DNA of 48,800 nt from Klebsormidium nitens (taxonomy: Eukaryota; Plantae; Klebsormidiophyceae), in assembly GCA_000708835.1 (NCBI GenBank), contig DF237126.1, positions 1 through 48,800 of the forward strand, in the 5' to 3' direction. Below the pieces are notes generated by a model. It was not told where the DNA came from. It did no database searches and saw only the letters and a list, made by a program, of their open reading frames with translations. A program made the translations under genes and the position numbers. Each line of letters starts with the position of its first letter. Positions within the stretch are counted from its first letter, which is position 1. Below, piece by piece: positions 11,855 to 24,600 of the stretch.

Positions 11855-14321
11855 ATGTCGTCCAAGGAGCAGCAGAGCGGGGGGGACTTCGGCCAGGGGC
11901 AGCAGAAGAAGGAATGGCGGCCCAGGGACGTGTGGGCCTTTCGGTAAGCAGAGCAACTGATGGATCTCAATCTTGCTTCCTTGAGGGGGATTTGCGCTGG
12001 TTCACCCAGGTCAAATTGATACAAGGTCCCCAAAACAGATTTCCAAGCAGATTTTCGTAAGCACTAGGTCATGGAAGGGGGCTGCTTCGATTGACGCTGA
12101 CGAGAGTGCTGACTTGTAATTGGCTATCAATGAGAGCGTGCTTCAAGCTGAACAAGTAGTTTTTACGGAACTCATTGCTGGGGTTGCTGAGGGCCAATCT
12201 CTCCTTCAAGTGATTGCATGTGTAAGTTTCTGCTGAAGAAGAAAGATTTCATAAGCCAAAGAGTTCCTCTGTCTTACGTATAAAACGTTTTTAAGGTGCT
12301 TGAATACTCTCAGGCTCAAGAGAGTAAAGGGTTGAAGGTTTTCAAGCAACTTAGAAGGTGATAAAAGCACGGAGTCCCTAGATCTGTGTCTTTCAACAAG
12401 GTTTGATACGTTTGCAATGTGCAGATCCGATTAACCCATCACTGATTGACTTCTAATGCACCATTTTTGCACCATAATTGATTAGCCCCTGGTTTGCAAT
12501 CGCAACTTTCAAATGCGTCTGCAATTTGATTGCTGCAGGATCGTCATCGGGGGGACCATCCTGACGTTGCTCACCCTCGGTGCTCTGGCGTTTGGTGAGT
12601 ATGCTTCTTTCTTTCCTTGAGTTCCAAGGTTGTGCGCTAGACTTGTGTCTCAATCGACTTGGTTATATTTCGTTAGGTCCATTCTGATCATCCTAATTTC
12701 CTTTCTCTCGTGTCTCTGATTCCATTACAATCATTTCGGGCTTTTAGGGGAAGTCTTCTAAAAGGAATAGACCGCCTAGGATGATCCTGGAAGTGATGCT
12801 GTAATGCCTTTCCGTAAAAAATCCTTTTTCTGTATTTACCGTTGACTGGCTTCTAGTTCTGGCTTCTAGTTCTGCTTACCAATCAGAATCATTGGGGGAA
12901 GAAGGAACAAGATCTTTCGGTTGAGGGCAAACGTTCTGCATTAGTTTAGTTCAAAGCCTTCGAGCATGTACTGAGAAAGTCGTTTGGTGGCACAGCACTC
13001 ACCTGTTCCGTCACCGTGACATGGCGCCGTCGTTATATGACTCCTTTTCCCTCTTCTCAATGTACCATCAGAAATGCTTCTTGAGTCTTTGCTATCTATT
13101 TGGCTTGTCACAGACGTTGCATATGAGTTTCTCCCTAAGGCGTCTGCTGAAGGCTGAAAAGACGGGGTTTTAGACGTCCAGAAGAGGGCCTTTAATAACC
13201 CACCATACAAGGGGCACGCGGTGGCCCCTCACGTTCTCTCACATATCCTCCAAGTAGGGGCTTAATCTACATCTTCATACTCTGATCCAACATCGCAATC
13301 ACCTCAAAAAAGACAACTTCTCCACTGACTGACAAACCTCCCCCCCCCTTCAGGCGCGGTGGCAATCCCGACGGTGCTGCTGGGGGGCGGCGCGCTGCTG
13401 CTGTTCAGCCCGGTGCTGCTGGGCATCGCGGCGATCACGAGCCCCATCTGGGTGCCCATCGGCGGCCTGCTGCTCATCACCCCCCCCATCCTGGGCGCGC
13501 TCGCGGTGGGCGCCATCGCGCTGGGGCTCGTCGTCTACTGGGTCTGGAACTTCATCCGGTGAGGACACGGATCGCTCTCTGGAATCCATGATGATTAATC
13601 TCGGTAGATTTTGTGACAGACTCCTGGAAGTGATGGTGACGAGTCTCTGAGCAGTCTTCGAGAAGTCTTGGTTTCGGAAGGAAGGCGTGGGATGTAAATG
13701 ACAGAGAGATCTCGCTAGCGTCAGGAGAGAGTCTCTACAAAGACTTCGGAAAGGAGTGATTAAACCCGGAGTTAAAGTGATTAAAGAAGTTTCTTCAATA
13801 CCCGGTCAGCAGAGACGTTAAGAAGAGGGAACGTCCGGGCTCAACCTGCTTTCTTCGGCTGTCTTCTTTGCCTTGTGAATCATAGAGACGACTTTGCATG
13901 GCTGAACGACGTATAACTGTGGCTGGGAAAGGAAAGCCTCTGATCGTGTTCCGGAACTGTCCGTTGGATGTCAAAGCGGCTCTTCATTGATCTAGAATCG
14001 TTACAAACGGTTCGGGCCGATCGAAGGTGGTGCAAAGCGACTGATTGACCTCCGCTTTGTCTCGATGACTCTCGTCACTTTCCTCTATTTCTTGCCGCTG
14101 ACGTTCTCCTGGCCAATCGGCTCCTGTTCTTGCCGCTAACTTCAGCTTTCTCGTCCCTCTCTAGTTCCCGCCGCACCCGCGAGGCCGCGACCGACCTCCT
14201 GGAGGGCGCCAAGGACGCGACGCGGGGCATCCAGTACGGAGCGCAGGAGGCCGCGCAGAAGGCCCAGCAGGCGCGCGAGCAGGCCCGCCAGCGTGCGCAG
14301 CAAGCCACTGGGCAGACCTAG
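11855..14321 (+). CDS. Oleosin-like lipid-droplet protein, 4 exons, 168 aa
   Basis: Exons 11855-11943, 12539-12594, 13354-13558, 14165-14321 join in frame (intron phases 2,1,2). Product: hydrophilic N-terminus MSSKEQQSGG..., an 86-residue uncharged hydrophobic core with a proline-knot-like SPVLLGIAAITSPIWVP, and an amphipathic Q/A-rich C-terminus (GAKDATRGIQYGAQEAAQKAQQ). Confidence 0.85.
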
Positions 14322-15664
14322 GCGCTGCGCGAGGAGTGGTGTGGGCGCTGCGCGAGGAGCGGTTTGGAGTGCGCGAAGCGAGCGGAATGTAGTTTGGTGC
14401 CAGGAAGAGCATGCGCGGGGACTGTGTGGTAATAGTGATGTGGCAGTTGTTTGACCTGAGGAATTGAACGCTGAGCAATCACACTTGCAATTGTGAAATA
14501 AACGGGCGAGTAGAGCACAATTTGTATCTAGACTGCATGGTTTTCGTTGTAAGATAGCATCTTTAACACCTCGAAACATTCATTTGGATTTCTTGTTGAC
14601 CGTCACCTTCGCCTGTAGAACCGTCTACAATCTGTCATGCAAAGATATCTTTTGAAGACAACTCAAAAGTATCCGGATGTAAGCAATACGGGTCATGGCA
14701 ACTTTGAATGACATGAAGCATGCATCATGCTTCCAGAACAGGGCGGCTGAGTCGTCCTACAATCTTCATGCATGCCCATTGGAATTGCCTGAGTCTGTCC
14801 TAATGCTATGAAAAGTTTGCTCGACTATGTGTTTGAAACGCGCAGCGCACTAGGAATTCAATCAACTCGGATCGATAAGGCGGCCTCAGTTGCCTAGCTT
14901 GGAGATCGGACAGCATTGACTTCCCTTCCGAATTCATGTGCATTGGAACATTTACCGTGGTTACAACCACATGCGTCTCATGCAACAAAGTCCGAGTAGG
15001 ATGCCAGCAGCATATCACGCGTGTACGTACTAATACTTGCAATTCAAGTTTCAACTTCCTTCATGTTTTCAAAATGACTTTGAATACTTCAATGCTTTGC
15101 CCTATATGGGCCGTGCATGTATCTTTGCCGCCTGCGCGGCACTCGCCATGACAGTGATGGTTCGGCAACATTCGCGCAGACAATGGAATCAAAGGCAGTG
15201 TGCGCGAGTGGCGGCGGCCACGTACACTGGCGTAGTCCAGCGGGGTATTACACCGACGAATGCACATGGTCTGGCTTCGTTACATACATCTATATTGCCA
15301 TGATGACCAGCTAGTCGGACAAATTAAAGTCACACACGGCACGGGATCACGTGCCCTGGGCCTGGCGATGCGATTGATTGAGAGGGTTTCAAGTTTGCTC
15401 TTGTCATCAACATCATGGGTTCAACTTATCACCTCTACAACCATGAGTATTCGCGAAAAGCCAACCCTGAGCACGAGAACGACTAGACATGCCATGTGAT
15501 GGACTTAGAGATGCAGTTTGAATGTCAGGCGTTGGCACCCGCCACACGCCAAGCTGCAGACCTCAACCAACTTATCCTTACACCTGTCCGACCTCCACTA
15601 ACTACCGCTAAACTCCACCAATCTGTACACAATATTACAAGAGTAACTAAAAGGCGCGGTTCCG

Positions 15665-18600
15665 TCACCCGCCGTTCAGCAGCCGAGTCAGTCGGAACAC
15701 CTCCCCCTGGCCGCCGTCTACTAGCCGCCGCTCGGTGTGGCACGCCGTGAGCTGCCGTAAGAGCAGCTCGAGCGCGGACTGGGGTGGCCGGCTCGTTGGG
15801 GAGGCGAGGGCTAAGACGGAGGCGCTGAGGGTGTCGGCGACAACTTCCCGCTGGCTGTGCGAAAGGAGGTACGCAACCGGAGACGAGGAGGGGTCCTCGT
15901 ACGCGAGCAGCGCGAGCACGTCCTGCAAGGAGAAGGAGAGAGGGGTGAAAAGATGGCGGTAATGGGGACACGGAGGGGTCCTTACATGCAAGCAGCGCGA
16001 GCACGTCCTGCGGGAGAACGAGAGAGGGGTGTGAAAGTGGCGGGAGCCGATNNNNNNNNNNNNNNNNNNNNNNNNNNNNNNNNNNNNNNNNNNNNNNNNN
16101 NNNNNNNNNNNNNNNNNNNNNNNNNNNNNNNNNNNNNNNNNNNNNNNNNNNNNNNNNNNNNNNNNNNNNNNNNNNNNNNNNNNNNNNNNNNNNNNNNNNN
16201 NNNNNNNNNNNNNNNNNNNNNNNNNNNNNNNNNNNNNNNNNNNNNNNNNNNNNNNNNNNNNNNNNNNNNNNNNNNNNNNNNNNNNNNNNNNNNNNNNNNN
16301 NNNNNNNNNNNNNNNNNNNNNNNNNNNNNNNNNNNNNNNNNNNNNNNNNNNNNNNNNNNNNNNNNNNNNNNNNNNNNNNNNNNNNNNNNNNNNNNNNNNN
16401 NNNNNNNNNNNNNNNNNNNNNNNNNNNNNNNNNNNNNNNNNNNNNNNNNNNNNNNNNNNNNNNNNNNNNNNNNNNNNNNNNNNNNNNNNNNNNNNNNNNN
16501 NNNNNNNNNNNNNNNNNNNNNNNNNNNNNNNNNNNNNNNNNNNNNNNNNNNNNNNNNNNNNNNNNNNNNNNNNNNNNNNNNNNNNNNNNNNNNNNNNNNN
16601 NNNNNNNNNNNNNNNNNNNNNNNNNNNNNNNNNNNNNNNNNNGAAATACGAGGGCTTTGTCGGCCGTAAGTGCGGATTGGTTGCATGAAGCCCCCTAGCA
16701 CTCTTCGTTGCGGATTAAGAGGCTCTACGAGGATTCCATAGTAAGGAGAGGCACTGAAAGCACGAGGTGAACAGGAGCAGCGAAGTTGGTTTTGACAGGG
16801 GTCAACGGGGACGAGGCGGGCGGTGCGGAAATGGGAAAGTGGGTTTGATAATTAGGGGCAGCACGTTTGAAGCGGTACGGAATAACGAAGGGTAAATTTG
16901 CAGTATGCCTCAGTAAGACCGATATCTTTGGCTCCAGCATGTACCGTGGATCAGCGCACCGACGGCCACATCACTAACCAAAAAAATCTGCCAATTTGCC
17001 GCGACGCAACCTCCTCACACGAGGAGATTGAGAGAGACGGAGGCTTCGGAATCTCTCACCTCCAGATGCGCATCCTGCAACGCGCTGTAGCCCCGGAAAG
17101 TGGAGAGGACTCCGCGCGCGTGTTTGACGGCCTCGTCCAACTGAGATAGCTGCACGGAGCAATAGATATCGTCAGCCGGCAGAAAATTGTACCTTAGCGG
17201 CAGTATAGAGTGAGCTGAAAACCTTTTGGACTCCAGACTTCCTTATAGCCTTCACGACCTGCTACATAATGCGAGTGAATTGACAAAGGAAGCCAAAGCA
17301 AGCCAAAGGAGTGCGGCTCGACTGGTGGGCAGAGTGCTACGAGTATGCAGAGGTGCTCACCTTTATATACTCTACAAACTTTTGGCAATTCAAGAGGAAG
17401 GCCACGTTTGTCCGGCTATCCTGCACGGGATAAACAGAGCACGATAAGAGATGCGGGCGGGCAACACGAAAAGGACAAACGCCGGCTCGGAAATAGGCGA
17501 CTGTTCACTTACGAAGTCAATCTGACCCACTAAGCGCAGGCGATCAAGTGTCGTTTAAATTCTGTCACGATCTTGTAGGGCGCAAGATGCAGAAGAAGTA
17601 ATCGACTTCGCGCCTTTCAATGGAGTCTTTTGCGCACTCGTCGTGATTGTGGGCGGCAGTACGTCTACAACGCTTGCGCACGGACCTTTGACGGGGTGAA
17701 TCACGTCGCGGTGCTTACCTGCAAGATACTTGGATACCACATGGAGAGCGCCTGCAATGCGCCGTCGATCTTCCCTTCCCCTATGAGCTGCAGGGGCAAG
17801 AAGCCAATCAGCACTATATTGGATGTTCAAGAGCAAGAAGGCAAGCGTAAGAAGAGCATCCGAAACGAATGGGAGCGTCAACGGAAGGCGTGAAAGAAAC
17901 TCTCACAACGGTTCCAAAAGCCCAGATGACCTCCACGAGCGGTTTTCAACGTCCGCTTCGGCATCGGACTTGCAGAACGCTTCATCACTTGTTCCGCGAA
18001 GCTTGCGAGGGCACTCACCTGCCGCAGCTGCTTTCTTTCGTCTAGCGCGAACCAGCCTATGTCTTTATGGGCCAAGTGCCCGTTGCCGTTCTGGCTGCTG
18101 CCGGGCGCCGAGTGGACCCCCTCGGAGCCGTCAAACGCGTTCAAGGTGTCCTGGTAGCCGTAATGTAACAGGTAGCCGCGAACGATGCTGCGAGGAGTGG
18201 TAAGAATGCTGCCGTTTCAAGAGCTGTCAATGTGTGATGGGCTTTTTCTACATCCTGCTTGAAAGCAAGTCACTTCCGAAAGACGTCAAAAACTGCATTT
18301 TGAGGCCAAGGAACGAGGCTGTGTCCGTCCTTGCTTCTGAAGAGTGGCGTGACGTTATGATGTGACGTATTGCTTGCAGACGGATTAAAGAGCGGAGGCT
18401 GCTAGCGTCGTTAGCGCCTCAGCATAGCTCGAACAATTTTCGTTCAGTTCAAAGAAGGTAAAACTGTCCGGCATCATAGGCAGCAGGACCAAACCGATAA
18501 GCCGGGTCTTGCAAGGTCATTCAATGCTTGAAAAACTATCAGCACTTGTACAAAGTTGTGAACGAAGTTGCGACGGCGAAACATGGGACGAGCACCAACC

Positions 18601-20762
18601 TGTGGCTGATACTCGACGGCATCTCTACGAGCTCTACTGCACGCTGTCGTCGTTCCCTCTCCTCTTGGACCAAAGCCTGCAGAGAAGGAGATCGACAAAA
18701 GTCGTTTCGAGTTTCGGCTTAACCTCGGATCGCTTGCAGAGAGGCAAGGCATTGAACGCGGATTGCCATTGCTGACCGAGTCCAGTCACCTCATCCACTG
18801 GCCTTAAGCAATTACACACTTGGCCCAGCCAACGCCGATCACGCTGGACGACGGAATATGAGCATATCGAGTCAGGACGCAGATTCACTGACAAAACCAG
18901 CGGGCAAGCTTACAGCAATCCTCACCTCAAGATCAAACTTGAAAGGCCGCTTTCCGAAGTTGACCTCCACCCTGTAGAGCAGATGAGGCGACGAGGTTTC
19001 ATCTACTGCAAATTTAGCTGTGGGGCAGTGACGATGGCGAGGTTTTCGATTTTCCTGCATTGCAGCATGTTTGTCGGGGGTGTATCGTCAGTCTCGGATG
19101 GCCCAATTTGAACGGCTGGCGCAAAGACGACTCTGTCCGTCACCTTTCGTTTTTGCTATGGAGTCCCACTGTGGGATACAGGATCTCCCTCACGTCCGCA
19201 AACGCGACGCCCAGATGCTTCCCGTTCTTCCTGAAAAGGAAACAGCAAACCTATGAGGACATGCAGATGTTGATCCAGTGGGGGAGCGAGGGGAATCTCA
19301 GAAGTGCCGAGAGTAGACTCTTATCAGGACAGAGATTGACTCGATCACAGGAGAACAGCTGTTGCCTTTTCTCAGGAGGTAGATCTGTGAGGAGGCAGCC
19401 TGTGCTTGGGAAGCTTCAGTGCTCAACACCGAGGAATGAAACCCATTCGTGTCATCAGAAGATCACCAGCAAGAAGTAAGAGAATAGCCTGGCACAGGAG
19501 CTGTACGGGTCAGGGGCACAAGAGGCGAGTATGTATGCTCGAAAGCAAAGAATGCGAGTTGAAGGACTGCAGACATGTGAACCCTCCTCATGCAGCCCTG
19601 ACAGAAAGAAATTACTGATCCAAAGAACCACTCAAAGGGGCATCTCAGCGACTTTCCTAACAAACCAATGTGTCTTGGAAACTCCACCCACTGGGTCCAA
19701 CTACTGAGGAAGTAAGTGTTCTTCCTCTGTCGAAGTAAGAACAGATTCAGCAATGCCTCCAGACTGACTGATTCCTGAAGGGCCGATCGCAGGGCATGAT
19801 TCAGACAGGAATGACCAACAATGTACACCAACCTAAGAGAAAAGAGAGGTCCATTGAAACCCAGTCATCTTGTTCCAACCAACAGAAATACAAAGGCAGT
19901 GTCAACTCACGTAAAGAAGATCTCCTGGGTGGCATGGTTGACCCCCGCCCCAACCACATCCCCTGTTGTGAACGTCGGCCCATAAGCGTCCCCTCTGCCT
20001 GAGGCATGATAGGCCTTGCCGTCATCTCCATGGTAGCCATAGCTGCCAGCCTCCCAGCTGCAAGGGAGACAGCTCACGTTAGATTCTCTGCTTCAGGATC
20101 AGACAGCAGGGAAGGGAACACGAGTAGCCTAGAATCAGACAGCAGGGTTGGAACATGAAGCACCACCGCTAGTATTTGACGAATGAAGGTGGCGCCATGG
20201 CGCCAAGGAGGGAGTCACCAAAAGAAAACCCTTCCAGAGACTGTTTCAGTCTAAGTTAGGAGGCGCTTAGCCACGAAAGCTTTACAACTGGTTACACGCA
20301 TAGGAGAGAACGGTGTTCTCGAGGGGACACCCAACCATAATGTCATTAGCCAACCCCTGCCCTGCAATCCCAGACAATGACGGCCATCAGTCACCGTCTT
20401 TTCCAAAAGGCTCACCCTGGCTGGCGGCTGTGCTTGAAATTCTCGTCTGTGAAGCCAATTGCAATGCAGTTCCTGTCCCCCCGGTCCCGCACCGTCAGCT
20501 CAAAGTAGTACAGCAGCCTCTCTCGAGGCACAGGCCGGTTGGCCTGTATTGACCCCACGTCATGCCCGTGCTGTCCATGCCCCGTGTACCGCACACTCAG
20601 CTTGTCTTTCCCAACCTCCAGAAACCCGCCATAGTTGCGAGTGTTGAGCTCGCTGGGGGCCTCCTCCTCCGCCCCCTCCTCGTCCGTGCCGTCACTCGGC
20701 CGGAAACTTTCTAGTTGTTTCGCCAGGGTGGCCGCTCGTCTCCGCCCAAAATGGCAATGACA
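15665..20762 (-). CDS. RanBPM: RanBPM/RanBP9-10 homologue (SPRY-LisH-CTLH-CRA), CTLH E3-ligase complex scaffold; 5' end unresolved
   Basis: Exons (minus): 20762(?)-20416, 20057-19911, 19230-19144, 18971-18926, 18676-18600, 18187-18019, 17787-17719, 17420-17361, 17149-17060, 15922-15665. Motifs: PSELNT, GSIQANRP, YYFE, RQPGWEAGSYGYHGDDG (SPRY); VRGYLLHYGYQDTL (LisH); FLLNCQKFVE (CTLH); ALLAYEDP..QREVVAD..LLRQLTAC..GGQGEVFRL (CRA). No in-frame ATG lies in the first identified exon. Confidence 0.92.
15890..16051 (-). repeat. Imperfect ~85-bp tandem duplication of the RanBPM last-exon splice acceptor and exon start, abutting the assembly gap
   Basis: The minus strand reads cgcag|GACGTGCTCGCGCTGCTTGCATGTAAGGACCCCTCC (from 16007) and tgcag|GACGTGCTCGCGCTGCTCGCGTACGAGGACCCCTCC (from 15922). 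Confidence 0.85.
16052..16641. other. Assembly gap (590 N) inside the last RanBPM intron
   Basis: Run of N in the sequence. Confidence 1.
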
Positions 20763-21680
20763 CTGTGTCAGACTCAATGGTGCGGGAATGTCGCAAGAGG
20801 GCAGGAGACAAGTTCTGCCGAGCCTACAGCAATCCCTGGCAGACAAGCCCTTAAGAGAGGACAAGCTTGGTTGTGCTCAAAGGCAGTTGGGGCTGGTGGG
20901 ATAGGGAGAGTCAGAGATTGCCACTGCCTTCTTGCGCCAGAGACAATCTGCAGGGTGAAAAGCTCAGTCGTTAGCCTGCCACAATGACTTCAAGAACCAA
21001 ACCCTTGGCAACAAGAAATTGGAAGGACGAAGGGCAGGCCAATGGTCAGAAACGGGTTTGATGCCCAGGAAAAGCTGTCTAGGAGCGCAATTGAGACGCC
21101 TGTCCGCCTCTGTCGTTGGTGTCGCCGACGGACAGACCGCTTGTAGGGAGCAGGAACAAATGACAAGGGACCACACAGCATACAGAGCCCAACGAAGTGA
21201 TGCACCATTGGCATTGGAGAAATGACGGATGACCATGCTTGAACTTGGAACTCGAAGTTGCAAGTTGCAAGGAAAGCCCCGCAAGCTCATGTGTGATCAT
21301 AGGTCCCACTTGTCTCCCCCCGGTGAGTCCCCGGTGAAAATCTTTGTTACAGCAGGCACTTGTCCGAACCACATTTCCGAGCAAAAAGCCGTCCAAATTC
21401 GTCCGCAAAGCGGTTGGTAATCGTCCATTTATACCCGGTACAAGCTCCCGGCCGAGACAATAACCCAAAATGACGCACAGCAATCGAGTTGATATTCAGC
21501 TGGCTCGTCTTGTGCAGTTCATCTTTCTGCATCAGGGCAAGGAAGAGATCACGCAGAAATCACTGATTAGCGATCAGAATCGAGGGGCCTGGACAAGTAG
21601 TGGTGCTGATTGGAGGCGCCACCTGCTCAAATTGAGAGCGAGAACTGTGTTACTTTGGAGCCTGCTCACGAAGACCAGCC

Positions 21681-24600
21681 ATGGCGGTTAGAACGCTGAA
21701 CGCAAATGCGGAGTCGCTCAACAAGTCTGCGGCTCTGTTTATGAATATAAATGCAGCTAAGGGACTCCAGGATGTGCTCAAGACAAACTTGGGACCAAAA
21801 GGGACCATCAAAATGTAAGACACGCTGCGCCAGCTTTGGGGAGCAAAGCCAATTGGTCTTTTCAGAGGTCTCTGTATGCAATTGCTGAGGCCAGTAAGTG
21901 CTTGGACGTCTTTTGAAGGGGGGTGCATAAAAGTGGCATCCTGAAGTGTGTACCATGAATGATTGCAGGCTTGTTGGTGGTGCGGGCGATATCAAGCTCA
22001 CCAAGGATGGAAACACTCTTCTCCGTGAAATGGTAAGTCAGAAGCCTTTCTGGTATCAATAAGATAGACTGCGCCACTCTTCTTGAAGGTGGTGCTCGCG
22101 TGAGCATCCATGAAGCTAGTTTGCGGGATCAAAACGTACTTGCTGCTTTTGGTAGTAAAGCGCAAGCTTCAAGTACCTTATGACAATTTGGCTGACTGTT
22201 TGGAAGGCTAATTTTGGCTTTGGTGAGGGCCAATTGCAGCTTATGTCGAATTCTGACAAGCTGCAGCTTCTCCTCACAGCAAATTCAAAACCCGACGGCG
22301 GTCATGATTGCTCGGACGGCAACTGCACAAGATGATGTAGCGGGAGATGGCACTACGTCCACCGTGCTGCTGATTGGTGAACTGATGAAGCAGTCGGACC
22401 GCTTTCTGGCAGAGGGTAAGTCAATAAACAGAGAAGTGCGGCACCCTTGCTGCTCTTGTCCGCCATTTCCTCGGGTCTGTACTCAGCAAGAAGGCTTCAG
22501 CTGCTGCCTGAAGATGTTGTGCTCGTTTTACCTTTCTCTTAACACCAGGGCAGGTGATTGGGGCACCTCATATGCCCATAACAGTGGTGCGCAAAATTGT
22601 TGATCAGTGAATCGTGGTGCCTTTAATGTTTTCCTTGCAGGAATGCACCCAAGGCTCTTGACGGAGGGGTTTGAGATAGCAAAGAAGGCCACGCTGGAAT
22701 TCTTGGAGAAGTTCAAGCAGCCTGTAGAAGTAGGTGATAAGCCTGACAAGGAGCTGCTGAAGATGGTGGCCAGGACGACTCTGCGGACGAAGGTACAGCA
22801 AAAACTCCTGAATGGGAGTAGATGCACGTGGCCCATGTGACCCAACCTGCCTACTGATGCTACGAGATTACGTGTGTCACAGACCACCAGGTTGCGTAAA
22901 GACGTCCATGTCATGATTGCTTATCCTTGTAATGACTTTTATAATTCTTTGCTTGTCAAGCGGGCATGGTTTAACCACCTGATCAGAGGTGGTGCAGAAA
23001 GAGAGGCCCTCACATGGACCCTTTGCAGGTGCACGAGGAGCTGGCGGATCAGCTGACAGATATCGTAGTCAACTCGGTAAGTTCTTGATTTGTCACAGTT
23101 CATTAGTGCATGTTGCTGAATGCGACAGCTGTTCAATCAGAGCTGACTGGGTCTGATATGCAAAAATGTCTTCAAGCAAGATCAAAAGTTGATAATTGCC
23201 CGTTTCTTGTGTGATCATGTCTATCTGATCTTCTCCCGTGACTCATTTCTGATTCTGATTTTCATTCTGATTCTGGTCAACTTGCAGGTTCTTTGCATCA
23301 GAACGCCTCCGGAGCCAATTGACCTCTTTATGGTTGAAATCATGCATATGCGACACAAGTTCGGCTCAGACACCTCTCTGGTAAGCTCCCTTCGGTCCTC
23401 CTTGATCCTACGCCTGTCGATAAGCTGCTTCACTTTACGCAATCATTGCACTAAAGCCAGGGACACGAAAGCCACGCTGTCTTAAAAGGTTTAATCAAAC
23501 GTTTATCAAGATTAGACTGTTGGCTATGTGGCTGAGCATACTTGCTGATTGCATAACTGTATATTGTGCTATCTGCATAACAACTGGCCCGAACGGTTTG
23601 GGGGGGGGAGTGTCACGAATCAAGAGTGGTGAAGAAATCGAAACATGTGGTTGGCTTTGCAGATTGAGGGCCTCGTCTTGGATCATGGTGCCCGGCACCC
23701 TGACATGCCAAAGCGAGTCGAGAACTGCCACATCCTGACCCTCAACGTTTCTCTAGAATATGAGAAGAGGTGAGAGCAGAGCTGACTTTGACACGACTGT
23801 TGCTGGTTCTCGTTTGTTTCTCTTTCCGACGAATACGATCCGTTCTGCCGCTGGCGTTTCACTGGCCCTGCGTGACATTCCCGTGTGTCGTAGTGGCATC
23901 TGGTAGTGCTAGAGAGTGCACACAATCGTGTTTCCGAGTGCTGCTCGATCAGTATACACGATTCTGTAATTGTACTGTGTTCTGTTTCTTTTGCAGTGAG
24001 GTGAATGCGGGGTTCTTCTATAGTAGTGCGGAGCAGAGGGAGAAGATGGTGGCAGCAGAGAGGAAATTTACGGACGACAAGGTGCAGAAGGTTATCGAGC
24101 TCAAGAATAAGGTAAGGCTAATCCCATTTCGTTGCTGGGTACACACAGATTTGAAGAGCTGGAATTTCGAGACACAAGGGGCCACCTTTAGAGAATCACC
24201 TTCACGTCTCAAAGATATCGCACGCCATGGCGCACTCGCAGAAACGGGCTTTTCAGCGCTCTGAAGCTGATGGAGGAGATACATCTTTAAGAAGTGTCGT
24301 TTCGACTTCTTGTTGTCTTGATCTGTTGGTTGTTCGCCTACCACGGACATTCCTCTCACTGTTGTCCGGAAGGATCTCTCAAGCGGAGTTGTACGTTGCA
24401 GGTGTGCAAAGAGGGGGAGAACTTCGTGGTCATCAACCAGAAGGGTATCGACCCCATCTCACTAGACATGCTGGCGCGCGAAGGGGTGAGCCGCTATCTG
24501 CTCATCACACACTTTCCGCACTTGTACATCTTCTCTGGCGACCACCTTCTCCGATACTGGGCTACGCCAATTGAATCAAAAACCTCCTAGGCGTTCCCCC

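Noticed and set aside
14075-14579. Minus-strand ORFs over the oleosin last exon
   Set aside because: Antisense to a GC-rich, Ala/Gln-rich exon and its 3' UTR repeat.
15037-15303. Possible small secreted peptide (MGRACIFAACAALAMTVMV...)
   Set aside because: Short, with no family motif or splice support; it lies between two convergent 3' ends.
15857-16701. Long ORFs 15857-16669 (+) and 15982-16701 (-)
   Set aside because: They stay open only because they run through 590 N.
19463-19831. Candidate RanBPM exon 'RKNTYFLSSW'
   Set aside because: The real phase-compatible exon KNGKHLGVAF..LYPTVGLHS is at 19230-19144.
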